Source: Azolla caroliniana
Lineage: Eukaryota > Plantae > Polypodiophyta
Assembly: GCA_043228905.1 (NCBI GenBank)
Contig: JBHGNT010000012.1
Span: forward strand, 16,182,001 to 16,246,000
Direction: 5' to 3'
Length of the DNA stretch: 64,000 nucleotides
The notes below the pieces were generated by a model. The model had not been told where the DNA came from, did not search any database, and saw nothing but the letters and a program-made list of their open reading frames with translations. Made by a program: the position numbers and the translations under genes. Of this stretch, positions 24,099 through 37,118 are shown one piece after another (within the stretch, counting starts at the first letter, position 1; every line of letters starts with the position of its first letter).

Positions 24099-24254
24099 TT
24101 GGAACTCTATAAACCGTTAAAACCTTGGATTAACGGTTCGGTTCGGTTCGGTTTGAGCCCAAACTGGGCTCATAGCTAGCTGCTGCCCAGAGATGGGAAT
24201 GATGAGATAGTGTTAGTGTTGGGGGGGTAAGGAAAGGGTTCAGGGTTTTGAGAG

Positions 24255-27200
24255 ATGTATCAGTCCACATTCTTTCGCAGATCTTCTTCTTCTTCTTCTT
24301 CTTCTTCTTCTTGGATCCTTTCTGCTTCTTCTCTGGGTGACCATGCCTTCTCCTCGGTTCACACAAGTAAGTGTTTCAGTAATTCATCAGAAAAATCAAT
24401 CAATCCATTGGTTGCTTGTTTCATTTCCAAAAAATTTACATTTTTTTCTTTTGTATGCTGAAAGACTCGTCCTTCTGTCCGTGCATTTTTTTTTTTCCTG
24501 TGTCTGCGTGTTTTTTTGTTTTTCGTTTATTTTACTGTTTCTCCACCACGTATCCATGTTTTTGTTGGAATTTTATGTTGAAAATTTGAACTTTCTCCTT
24601 GGCTAATCGAGTGAATCAGGGTTTTAACTTATAGATTTCAGGGCTTTGGTTATCTGTACCGCTGTGTGCTCCATATCAAGTTTTTTAGTGAATTATCTAA
24701 GAAATCTTATCCTTTACTCAAGGCGTTACTTCAGATAACCCATGGTTAGTTATCATTATTTTAACGAGATGCTTTATTGAAAAGGAATCTTCAATTTCGG
24801 GTCGATTGTGTGCATAGCATGAGTTTACATATTATATTTGGATACATCCGAGCAAATGTTTCCAAGATCAGTTACAATTTACCCTGGGGAGGGGGGGGGG
24901 GAGTTAGTTATATTTACAGCAAGGTAACAAAGAAAGGAGTAAAATATCATTCGTTTTGATCTTCTGTTTCATCAACCAGAAACATGTATTTGACTGTAAC
25001 AAGGTTTTGAAACTTAATCTTTTACAAAAGTTTTTTTAATTTTTTTTTTTGATGTTATGTTTGATCAATCAGAATCACATGTTTAATCATCCCAAGAAGC
25101 CATGTTAGTTATCCTACATTAGAGTAAAAATGTTCTAAAACTCAATCCTTCATGACAGCATATCTTTTTGTTTTGGTATTGTATTTGATTTCTCTAGTTT
25201 GATTGTGTGCACAGCATTTTGAAAGGATTTTTCCATTAGATTGAGTGTACTGAAACACATTTTAAAAGGATGGTTTCTATTTCTATCGACTGGTACAGCT
25301 ATGTGAATTTGGTTAACATTGAGACATTGGGAACCATGGAAATCTTCCTGTTTTTAAATGTGATGTTTAAGAAAATGAAAAGCGGTTCTCAAAAAAGGCA
25401 TAAAGAACTCAAATTTTCTAATGACGAAATTGGCTTTGAATCCAAAGCTATAAAGGATTAGCTAAATATATCTGCTAGCATCATTGATTTTGGGAAAAAC
25501 ACTGAAACACTCCTCAAATTTCTTGACAGTCAAACCTGAAAAGAAAGAAAGAAAGGTATGATTTGATCTAGTAGCACATATAATTGAGAATAAAAGGAGA
25601 TGAATTGACTGTGGGCACTTGGGAAAATAACAAAAACATAAGGGCTTATAAGGACATGTGGAGGGATATTGTGGAAATAAAGAGAATATTTCAGAGTTTA
25701 TATTCCATATTGTGTTGTCTTGAATTCAGTATCTGTGTTAATCTATGAGGTAGTGGGCATGGCAGGAAATTTTCTAATATATGATGTTATGTCTTTGTGT
25801 ATTCTAGGAATACCAAAGGTGGTTCTAAAGAAAGGTAAAACCCAGCTTTTCAAGACTGGGAATCCAATGGTGTATAGTGGAGCAGTAGATCGTATAATTG
25901 GTAGACCGCCGCCTGCGTCTGGCGAGGCAGTTTTAGTCACGGATGGAGCATTGCATCCCATAGCTTGGGGTTTATACAATCCTTTTTCTATGTTCAGTGT
26001 TCGGATCATGGAAATGGAGGATGAGGTATCAAGGCAGGTCAAAACATTCCGTTTTTTAATTCATGGAAAAGTTGAACAAAATATAGTCTTATTAGTTTCA
26101 TGGAATTCCCAAAAGAATATCAATTGTGTTTCTTAAAATTCCCGTAAGTACCCCTGATTTTCCAAACTTTCAAAACCCCTCTCACACTACAATTTTTCTT
26201 TCTCTCCCCCTCTATGATTTCTCTTTAAAAGCGTGTGGCATATATGAAGATAAGCAGATATATGGGATTGTAGAGAGAGGATTTATCAATAGATAAACTA
26301 ATATCAAGATAGGTAATGATTAATATCATCCTCAGGTGTCAAATATGACCAATGGAACCAAAGCTGAACATTTTCCAACAGTGTATCTGGAGCTGATTAG
26401 TGACCCTCGATATGGTAGGTATGAACACATAGAGGGTTTATAGATAATAGATGAATAGAGAGATAGATAGAGTTTAGTATCATCCTCAGAAGTTAATATG
26501 ATCGATGGGACCATAGTGAAACATTTGCATGTGGCATGAGTACAGTGTATTAGTGACCCTTGATGCTCAAAATTTCTGTTAATGAATTTGTTGAGTTGAT
26601 TAGCAACTCTATATATTACATGTATGAACATTCATAGATATATAGAAATTGGAGAGAAAGAGGGTTTACAGATGGATAAATAAAGAGATAGATAGAGTTT
26701 AGTATTGTCCTCAGAGATTATTATGACTGATGGAACGAAAGTGAAACATTTGTAGATATATAACTATAGTAGAAAAAGAGAGTTTATAGATAGATGAATA
26801 AAGAGATAAATAGATTTTAGTATCGTCCTCAGAGATCAATGCGACTGATGGGACCAAAGTGAAACATTATCATATGGCATGAGCTCAGTTGATTAGTGAC
26901 CCTTGATGCTCAAAAATTTAACTAATGAAGGTTGTGAGTGCACATTATGGCAAAGGGAAATGTGCCGATAAAGACGAGGGAAATTGTGGAGAGAAATGTT
27001 TTGAGGGTTGGGGGGGAGGGGGCGGATTTGGGTTTTGGAAAATACTCCACGAAAACAAATGGGGATATTTTTCTAAAACAATTCTCAAATCTTCATTGCT
27101 TTCCTATATGATTAGTTTATCAAGGTAAGTGCTATTTTAGACTGAAGTTATGTTTTTCATCAATACATAGGGATTCCTCATGCTTACTAAGCATGGAGAA

Positions 27201-30200
27201 ACTTTTGGAGTCCAGAATTGCTGCTGCAATGGACTTACGAAAACGCTTGAGTCTCCCAGATGTTGATACAGATGTATATCGTCTTGTAAACAGCGAAGGA
27301 GATAGGCAAGTCTTTTTTCATCTTGTCTTCAAAACAATTCTTCTTTTATGATACAGTAGCTCATAAACCATTTGGTTATTTTAATTTCACTTTAAAACAA
27401 TGAGTTAACCATCCAAAGGTATCAATTTTCATTCTCATCTCATTCTCATGCCTTATGTAGATTGTCAGGGCTTATAGTGGACATCTTTGGGGAAAATGCA
27501 GTGGTTGCATCCTCGGCTGCATGGGTTGAGAAGTTTAGAACAACCATTGAAGCAGTACTTAAGCATACAGTTAAATGCAAACATGTATGTTGGAGGCCAT
27601 CACGTGAGATGCTAAAAGAAGAAGGAATAGAGTCAGAGAGTGTTCAAAATGACTCATCCATAGCCGTTGGTACTCTTGATATGGTCGAGGTAACCCTTTC
27701 CCATCAAATCTGCTCAATGAACTATCCGAAGAATCAGTTTATGATTTTAGGAGGCCTGAGTTTGGTATTGTAAAGGCTAAATGTATGGATAAAAAAGAGC
27801 TGACTTAAACAAATGTATGGTGTGAAAATAGGGGATTTTATTTTTATTCACTTTATCTATTTAGCTTAATATTGCATTTCCCTTGTAAGTTTCTGAATAC
27901 TAATTTCATCATTACTTCTAATAATAAAGAAGGGTCATTATGTGCTCTGCTTCATGTCTTCTATTTTCTCGAAGGTAGGTTTTCTGATGTTTGTCTACCA
28001 GGTAGTTGAAAATGGTGTTTGCTACAAAGCATCTTTAGACGGACAGAAAACTGGGTTCTATGCTGATCAAAGGGATAACCGATTTTGGTTGCAATCTGTC
28101 GCAAAAGACAAATCAATTTTGGATTTGTGCTGTTACAGTGGTGGTTTTGCCTTAAATGCAGCTGTTGGTGGAGCGTCTGAAGTAACAGGTAATAAGAGTT
28201 TTGGACTCTGTCTCTATTCTTACCATTTAGACAGTTGTCATAGTTTTCATTTTTTCTTTTGTTTACTTTGAGAGTTTCCTAAGTTGATTTTAACGTCAGT
28301 TCTACATACAGGCATATATTTAAATACATGCATCCATCCATACATGAATGCATCCGTCCATCCATCCATGTATGTATGCATGCATACATATATACATGCA
28401 TGCGTCATTCATACACACATTCATGTGATTGTGTTTGCATGCATGTATGGATGCATACATACAGTATTTTGAGTTAGTTTTTCATCTAGCATACATATAT
28501 ACATGCATGCATGCATACATACATACATCCGTGTATATATGTATGCGGCATTCATACACATTCATGTGATTGTGTTTGCATGCATGTATGGATGCATACA
28601 TACAGTATTTTGAGTTAGTTTTTCATCTAGCATACATATATACATGCATGCATGCATACATACATACATCCGTGTATATATGTATGCGGCATTCATACAC
28701 ATTCATGTGATTGTGTTTGCATGCATGCATGGATGCATACATACAGTATTTTGAGTTAGTTTTTCATCTATGTACATTTTTGTGTATTTGCTTTGTACAT
28801 ATACGCGCACGCACACACACAAGAACAAGAAGGTAAATAGTTTGCGTGGAATATCTAGAATCCTGATATATTAGTCTTGGTAGGGAGTAACTAGACATTC
28901 AGTGTATATATGAATAATGAATAACACATATCTTTGTCAGCAAGAGATCTGGGATCTTCTATAAATGACGGTGCCATGATGTCATCCATCATTCATAAAA
29001 TTATTAGTAGTGTTGAATTTCTATAATACAGAGCATGTAAAAATTGGTTTTTAAAAATTCGCTCTGATGGCAACTTCAATATAGTTTCTATGTTGAAGTT
29101 CAGGATTTATCTGAAATTTGCTATCAATATTTTGGCATCTCGTACACAATTGTTAGCATTAAGTCTTTAAATAAGTTTCTGTTGACAACATTTATCAGGT
29201 GTTGACTCTTCATCACCGGCAATAGAGCTAGCCATTGAAAACATGAAATTGAACAAAGTTAGCTCTAAAATTGTCAGCTTTGTGAAAGGTGATGTAACAG
29301 AGTATATGAAAGAAGCAATCTCACAGGGACGAACATGGGACATTGTAATTTTGGATCCTCCAAAATTAGCTCCGACTAGAAAGGTTAGTTATCACCTTCT
29401 GAGCAATGATTTTTAACAACAATTTCTGTAAGATCTTATTTTCCTTTCTCTTTTAAGTTTTGCATTCATAATTCTCATAATTTTAAATTATTTTATGCAT
29501 GAAGGAAACTCATCCAATTTATAAGGAAACCATGCCCAAACACTATCTTGCAAGGTCTTCTTACCAATGACTATCATAATAACATCGTTGTATTTGACAT
29601 TATATGGCAAGTTCTATAGCATTCTTAATGTATGTAGTGAAACTTTAGTGGGATTTTCTTATAATTTCCTACTATTTCATACTATTTCACTGCTAATTCT
29701 CTAATGATGCCTCACAAGTTTTTACTGCTATACAGAGAATCATAATAGCATAAAATGTTATTTAACATTAGATGATGCCAGGTTCTACAACGTGCTATGG
29801 GCATGTATCGGAACCTAAATACACTTGCGATGAAATGTGTTGAATCCGGGGGTTTGTTGATGACATGTTCATGCTCAGGTGCAATGACGCAAAGTGGGTC
29901 GTTCATGGATGTTCTTCTTGTGAGTCCTTTCCCCTTAAAATCCTCTTCATTTTGGCACGAAATTATTCATCAAATTTCACAATGTTAAGTTCTTTCTCTT
30001 TAAAAATCCACCCTTTTTATAGCATCTATGCAAATTCACTTTCTTGATGTTCTTTGTAAGGCTTCAGTCATAAAAATCTATTCATTCTAGCATTAAATAG
30101 TTCACTTAAATTTCACATGTCTGACTTGCATGTTCTCACACTGGATCTCTCACTCAACAAGTAAAGAACAAACTTCAAGAGATACAGTTGTAGAATAGAT

Positions 30201-31330
30201 GAGTTGGATTAATTCTCCAACTCATTTCTTCTTTTCTTTTTCCATTCTTGAAGAAATTCCTCTCTTTTGTACCCTATTCTATTCTTTTTCCTTTTCTTTT
30301 CAATGGTATTCCATGTGGCACCCACCTCTCCTTTTTGTCTCTTTGAAATTTGGCTCATTTATTTATTATGTTTTCTGAAATTGCTTGTTAAGACTAAAGC
30401 ACATGATGGAGCTCAATATGCACCTGATAGAACTAGTAAAGTTTATTATTATTCTATGTTTCTCATTTTTAATTGATAAAAGGTACACACGTTGGAAGGC
30501 TCTTAATCTCCTGTAACCCACAAAACTCACGCAGATTGTTATATGTCGATACAAAGCCCTTGTCAAGCCCTATAACCCTCAGATGACACATGTTTCCCCA
30601 ACTCGACATCTAGATTTCAAAAGATCCCATCAACCCATGTGTCAATATTTCTAGAAAGAGTATATGGAACATGTGTTTTTGTCCTATTTATATAAGTATA
30701 TGTGCATGGAGCTAGAAGAATTGAACCTTGTTGGGAGACAGTCAATCTGAGTGCAGTTATCTAAGACTATCATTTGAATCATGTCTGCAAATTCACCCAT
30801 TCTTTACATCTAAAATTCATGCATAAACACCACCCAGAAATCCTACCATGAGAATCACAGAACAAAAGAAAACCAAAACGTTCGGAAGTGGTCAAAACAT
30901 GATAAAAACCATATTGGAGCATCTCTCAAACGTACTACACGTAAAGCTCTTCTTGTTATATCGTTTTGTCCTCTGGTATACGTGATGACATTTTTAATTA
31001 CAAGTACTAAGTTGGCATTCTTCACTTCTTAATTCGTTTGGCCAAAGTAACATTAATTATTCGTATAAATTGGCATGCAACACGCAATGTCGTTCTGGTG
31101 AAATCCTGTCCTTAAAGCTATCCAGTTTAGCCCTAAATATGTATGCAAGTGTCCAACCTGTTTACGATAACTTTGGAATAATGTTTTGTCATATATGTTA
31201 GGCATCGGCTTCATCAGCAGGAAAGAAGATAACTCAAGTAAGGTATGGTGGGGCAGCACCTGATCATACAATCAACCCTGCATATCCTGAAGGTGCATAT
31301 TTGACAAATATCGTCCTGAGAGTCATGTGA
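24255..31330 (+). CDS. rlmI: RlmI-like (PUA + SAM-dependent) large-subunit rRNA methyltransferase, 8 exons, 446 aa, Ser-rich putative organellar transit peptide
   Basis: Exons 24255-24366, 25808-26033, 27171-27305, 27461-27689, 28002-28188, 29199-29383, 29782-29919 and 31202-31330 join in frame (1341 nt). Motifs [66 protein letters not shown]. Exon 1 is less certain than the rest. Confidence 0.93.
26330..26925. repeat. Degenerate intronic repeats (3-4 copies)
   Basis: GATAGAGTTTAGTATCRTCCTCAGA..GATGGRACCAAAGTGAAACATT recurs at ~26330, 26462, 26690 and 26812. Confidence 0.7.
28310..28775. repeat. Intronic (ATAC/ATGC)-rich tandem repeat, three ~140-bp units
   Basis: CATTCATGTGATTGTGTTTGCATGCATG..CAGTATTTTGAGTTAGTTTTTCATCTA occurs three times. 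Confidence 0.85.
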
Positions 31331-32372
31331 GGCATTCCTGGCAAAATCATATGATATGATGATAAAAAACCTTCCCAGCGGTGATCAATTTGCAACATTA
31401 TGTGATCCTCAGGGGATGAACATGTAGTGATGATTTCTCGATCTTTATTTCCATACTGGCCTCAGAGATTTGTTTTTCCAATTTGTCCCGAATCATGCAG
31501 CTTGTAAGTATGTTGAATTATTTATGGCATGCTATTGGTTTAAATCAATAGCATTCATCACTAACCTGGGAATGATTTGTGATGTGAAATCAGCTTCTCA
31601 CTAAATTTGATCGATAATTTGTGATTGCTCTCGCATTCAATGAAGAAAAGCTTTGATTAAGTGTCCAACTGATTTTTAAAACATAAAACTATCACTTTCA
31701 AGTTAACCTCTAACTTATCATTACGAAAGATGGTATGAGCTTATCATAGTTTGATTGTAGATAGCTTATTGTTATGTGCATTCAGAGCGTTTATAGACCT
31801 TGGAAATGTGGTTATCAGATTTAATGGAGAGAACGAAGATTATGGTATCATGATGAGAAATCACTCAAAAAGGGAAGTGCATGTTAGCCGATTCATAATG
31901 AATGCCTAATCCTTCTCTATGCATTCATCTGCTAAAGAACTGTATGGGTCCATACAAACAATGCTATATGCCCAAATTTTGTTTGTTTTCTCCATATTTT
32001 GCATATGATTTTATATACCTAAGTCTATGGACATATCATACCAAAAAAGCACTATCGTTTTGGGTGCAAATTTTCCAATGCAAACTGAGTCGTAGATAAA
32101 TAACCCTTCTGCATAAACAAGGCATTGGCATCACCATCTATACATTCACATTTAGAAAAGGAATTTGCATTTATTATGTAGTATAGTTTACATTGAGTTT
32201 TTTTTGGAATCTTTGAAATTAAATGTAGAATGGTTCGAATCCGGTGGTTATTGGATGTCGATAGAAGTGTTTCAATCACTACAAGTCAAAATTTCATATG
32301 GAAATCCCAATCCTTGAGATTGGCAAATCTAAGCATAGTGTGGCAGTGACATATATTCAGAGCAAATGTTTG

Positions 32373-33929
32373 TTAAAATGCAATAGGGCAGTAAGATTTG
32401 GCGAAACCAAGCCGGTTCTTCTTCCTGTCATATTGCACAAAATAATTCTGTTGTATCAAGTTGCCAATCACAGATAACCTTGATGAACTGCCCAACATAC
32501 CAAGACACCTTATCTCTTTAGTAGGATCCAAAAAATAGTTTCTGGGAGGGGGCCTGAAGGTAGCCCCGCCTTTGAATATCATCGAGATCCTTGGAAACTG
32601 GTAAGGAGGTCTAAACCCTGACACATTATAGCATAGCTCAAGTCCAGCAGTAGGGGGTGCTAGAGGGTAATGGATGAGTTTTTGTAGAGTAGACACAATT
32701 CTATTGAATGCTGGTGATGGAAACATCGTTAGCGTTGTACCTGAATCAATAATTGTCCCTCCATTGCCATTTCGATCTATCATCCAAATTGATGGATCTA
32801 TGTCTAGTGATTGAATGCCCACCTTTATGGCCTCAAGTTGGATGTAGTATAAAGTATCCAACACTGGGTTTTGCAGAAAAGGTGTGAATCGAAGACGGGA
32901 TGTTAGGTTCTTTCTAGGATCTTCACCCAACACGAGTGCACTCCGAAGTTTCCTACTAAAAAAGCTAGTGAAGCAATAAGAGAATTTGCCTCCAAACATG
33001 AACCCAACTTGTGTGGAGAATGAGATGGGACCTTGACCGAGGCCTAGGACACCCCCTCCTCGTGCTATGTTACTTCCCGTGTTATTAGTACCACATCCCA
33101 AAGCCACGTTTTCTATCATCACTCTCTTCTTTGCGGGAGCGCGGGCGGTTTGCAAAGTGACGGTGTCGTACCCGTAAAAGCCGTTTGTCTCGGACAAATC
33201 GCTATATCCATATGCATATGTGCAGCTCGAAGGGGAGCTATGATCGCAGCTAGCATTGGCGGGGGGCGGGACGTAGTTACATTCTCGATCTTGGCACGAT
33301 ATAGGCGTAAATGTGGAGGAATTCTTCACATAGAAGACTTGGGTGGGTGTGGGGGCAGTCGATTGGTAGGTTCTAGAGGCGGAGCACCGTGCCCAGAAGA
33401 GGTCGCTCCCGGTGTCGACAATGAAGACGAGTCGCTTGGGCGGGGTGCCGATCTCGAGCTCAACGAAATAGTTTCCAGCATTTCCCGGGAATGCCGAGCC
33501 CGGAATTACTTTCCCTTGGACAATGTAGTTCTCGGAGTGCCGGCCAATAGGTGGTGATGGTGGTGGCGATGCGGGACTTGGTGCTTCTTGTTGCAAGGAC
33601 TCGAAGCCGGGGTTGTAATTCGTTCCACGGATTAGTGGGGAAGATCCGGCCGAGGCTCCCCGAGGAGGGGTTTTGGAAGCCAAAAGCCTCTTCACCCTCA
33701 TCTCATCCATGGTGACCAAATCATTAATCAAACTTACCTTCATGCCCACATTTTGTGGTTTGGGCAAAGCAGCTACTGGAGATGGATGATAGGAATAGCC
33801 CAAAGCACAACATAGTAGTAGTAATGCAAGCATGCTTAGGAGATTAAAGTTGATGTGGAAGGCATGAGGAGGGCATTGAAGGCTAATGATTGTGGGTCTT
33901 CTTCCTCTTCTCAGATGGTGATCCATCAT
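32373..33929 (-). CDS. Secreted A1-family aspartic protease (nepenthesin/CDR1-like), intronless
   Basis: GNYFVELEIGTPP, IVDTGSDLFW, Cys-rich insert, GCG, GVLGLGQGPISF, KFSYC, IIDSGTTLT, VIGNLIQQN. Hydrophobic signal MLALLLLCCALG (alternative start 33833). Confidence 0.95.
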   Translation of the reverse strand: MMDHHLRRGRRPTIISLQCPPHAFHINFNLLSMLALLLLCCALGYSYHPSPVAALPKPQNVGMKVSLINDLVTMDEMRVKRLLASKTPPRGASAGSSPLIRGTNYNPGFESLQQEAPSPASPPPSPPIGRHSENYIVQGKVIPGSAFPGNAGNYFVELEIGTPPKRLVFIVDTGSDLFWARCSASRTYQSTAPTPTQVFYVKNSSTFTPISCQDRECNYVPPPANASCDHSSPSSCTYAYGYSDLSETNGFYGYDTVTLQTARAPAKKRVMIENVALGCGTNNTGSNIARGGGVLGLGQGPISFSTQVGFMFGGKFSYCFTSFFSRKLRSALVLGEDPRKNLTSRLRFTPFLQNPVLDTLYYIQLEAIKVGIQSLDIDPSIWMIDRNGNGGTIIDSGTTLTMFPSPAFNRIVSTLQKLIHYPLAPPTAGLELCYNVSGFRPPYQFPRISMIFKGGATFRPPPRNYFLDPTKEIRCLGMLGSSSRLSVIGNLIQQNYFVQYDRKKNRLGFAKSYCPIAF

Positions 33930-34251
33930 CACATGGGAGGATAGAGAGATCTGAAGGGGATAAGGGTAGGGTGGGGTTGGGGGGGGGGGAGGAGGAGGAG
34001 GAAAAAAATGGGCTAAAGCTTTTGTGTATGCTCATTGGGAAGGAAAATGAAGGAAAGAAGATAATGCAATAATAAAAAAGTAGAATAAAAATGATTGATC
34101 CATGAGTAGGAAAAAGCTTTGGTTCACATTTTTGTTTTACTTTGAAGTAAAACTTGTTAGAACTCTAGTCTCAAGTTTCTTTTTTGTTTTTGATTGGATG
34201 TATCTGTCATGAGAAAATACCCCCCTCACGAGTCACTGGATGTACATGTCA

Positions 34252-34547
34252 TGAGAAAATACCCCCCAGGAAGCCACCCAAACAAGACCACATGTCCACA
34301 TCACCACCATAGCCACAATAGCTAGCCATCAGGACGTCATGCACACCCACGTCCTATTCATAATGTGAAAGGTGTGATGGTGTGCATGTGCCATGCCTGC
34401 GCGAGAAAATACCCCCAGGAAACCACCCAAACAAGACCACATGTCCACATCACCACTATAGCCACAATAGCTAGCCATCAGGACATCATGCACACCCACA
34501 CCCTATTCATAGTGTGAAAGGTGTGATGGTGCACATGTGCCATGCCA
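34252..34547. repeat. ~150-bp tandem duplication upstream of the protease gene
   Basis: GAGAAAATACCCCCAGGAA..GTGCCATGCC at ~34252-34397 and ~34402-34547. A partial third start at 34211. Confidence 0.85.
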
Positions 34548-36491
34548 GCGGGAAGCCTGGCCCTAAACACTTTTCTAGATGTTCGTGTCATAGTTGGGCT
34601 GGCTCGCAAATGACAGACATGTCCTATGCCTTGGACTTTGGACTTGGACATTGGACATTGGACTTGGACTTGAAATTGAACTTGGCCTTATCGTGATTAG
34701 GCTTTAGAAACCTTCGACAAGAATTGCCAACGAAGATACAACATGTAAGTCTGCCTTCTTCATGCACCATTGGATCCACCAAGTCCTTACCATTAATGCC
34801 GAGTAACTTATTACACTTGTTGACTAATGCCCTTTTTTCTCATCGTTGCCCTTCTCCTTCTTGGAAACCAACCAACTCGTTGATCCCAAACCATCTTTCT
34901 TTTAATTTTAATTTTATTGATTGATCAGTTTCGTTTTTTCTTTTGTTTCTTTCTTTCAACATGCTTACTGCTACTATTCCCATTCTCCTTGTAATGTGTG
35001 CGTGTGCGCGTGAACTTTTGCATTTTGCACAGCTAGATAAAGCCACTCAATGGGGAAGGGCTTATTGTCTTCTTGGAAAACTTTGCTTGCTTCGGTAAAT
35101 GTCGAAGAAGAAAAAACCTCGACAAGGGCCTTTTGAATGGACAATCATGGTTAACTACTTTTAATTCGTATAATATGTAGGTCATGACAAAAGTGGAAAC
35201 GTTTCTCGACGTGTCTAGGTATTATCATGCCAAGCATGTTATAGCCCTTCACCTCTCTCTCATTGGGCTTTCGAGTTCATTTTTCAATACATTGTTCCAG
35301 ACATTCTGATAGAGTATAGCCTTTTAGTCTTTATTGTAACACTCACCAAAAGCTTGACCATGCATATCACCTCTTGTTGTGCCCACTTTAATGCCTGAGT
35401 CGAATCGAGTCTAATGTGCTAATTACAATCATGACTAAAAAGCGTGAATGCCATAATTCAAAGAAACCAAATCTCAACATTCTAATCTTGCTTCTAATTA
35501 GAATAGCCTAATTGACTAATTAAGGTGTGGTCAAAATTAGGCTAACATACTAGCCTTGCTTAGTTGGTTATTATGCTAATTATGTTTATTCTCTAAATAA
35601 ATTTTTTTGCTTATTGATTTTTTTCATTATATGCTTAATCTTAATTCTTGTGTGATTAGGTGCATCTACTTTGACTAGGGTAATTTTGAAATCAAAATCT
35701 CGAGATATTTTAATATTTCTCACTCACACCCAAGCACCCTATGGTGACTTTCCTGTAAAGCACAAATAATAGGTATTAGGGACCAAAAAGTTGTTTCCGT
35801 GTTACAAAAGGCCAACCTCGGAAATTGAATTAGCCCATTCATCTATGTAAAATTCGAGCATTTTTCTTGTTACTAAAGCATCAACGAGAATCTTACAAAA
35901 AACAAATTGGGCTTAGGAAATCCTCGAAAAATACCTGAATACGTTTGGAGAATTTGTGCCCTAGGAAAACTTTTGTCAATAATGTGCTTTTTTGTGTTGA
36001 ATCATAGCTTATGTTGACTCATAAGGTTGGCTCCTTGGATTTTGCACCATCACAATAACATTTTAATGTACAATCATGAATGGTTTGGCCTCTGGATATG
36101 AATTTATGCAGCTCAAAAGTTGTACATAGTATTATGTAAATAGGACACGCTAAAGGGAAATGCCAATTAAGATGCTCTACTGTGAACCATCCATGCCCAA
36201 GTGCATGTACAAAAAGCTTCAAGGGGTGTGAGCTTCTTTAAGTTGTGCATTTAGAGCAAAGCTTTGTAGAGAGAGTGTGTGAAAGAGAACTCGTGTACAT
36301 GATATTGTACCCACACAATTGTAGATAGTTGAGTTGCCATATTTGGCATTGTGTTTTGAATTTGACTATTCTTTCATCATATCTTTGAGTGGTGTTAACT
36401 GTAGTGGTCTCGTCATTGTTTCATTCTTTCCTACGGTCATGGTGGAGAATCTTACAAGGTTACTGAAACTTCAACAAAATATGGAAAGCAA

Positions 36492-37118
36492 ATTTGTTTT
36501 TGTTTTTGTTTTTTTTACAATAAAAGAATATACTCCATTAGTTAAAATATACACAACTTAGATCCCTTTATTGGGTAGGCCTTTCCTAAACTATCCTATC
36601 ATTCATGAGTGATCTCACTTATTTATCTTACACTTTCACATGGGTCTCTAGCCAACCTTTCATACACATCACCTTCATTCAATATCCCCCATGACATCTC
36701 GTTCACACACCTCTTTCAACTAATGGGAGGGGAGAACAACCATCGGGCGTCGTATATCCATTCCATTTGTTGTGGCCATCGGTGTAGTACACCAACGTTT
36801 TCTGAAATTCAGCCTCATTAATTCCGAAACATCATTAGTACCATCAATCCGCTCATATTGAGCTCTTGGTGTAGTTAGTAGTGTGTGCCATATTAGCGTA
36901 ATCGATTCAGCTAGAGGGCGTTTGTTTGCTAAAAATAGCCCGGTACACCTTGTCGTCCATATGCACCATATGGTAATGGGTGCAACCAGCGTCCATAGAT
37001 CTCCAAATTTTTGCTTCTGTGCAATAACTGCAGGTACCCTATTGTCAGTGAAGGCAACGGTTGTATGGAGAAAGGCATTACGTTTGCTTTGCCATGCCTC
37101 TAGTTCGTTCACCCTCAA
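36492..37118 (-). mobile_element. Short 3' fragment of an L1/Tx1-like LINE with A-rich tail
   Basis: ORF 36720-37118 (IWCIWTTRC..LF..IWHTL..QY..F...W) resembles the C-terminus of the LINE ORF at 50856-52931. T-rich tract at 36492-36517. No TSD found. Confidence 0.75.
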
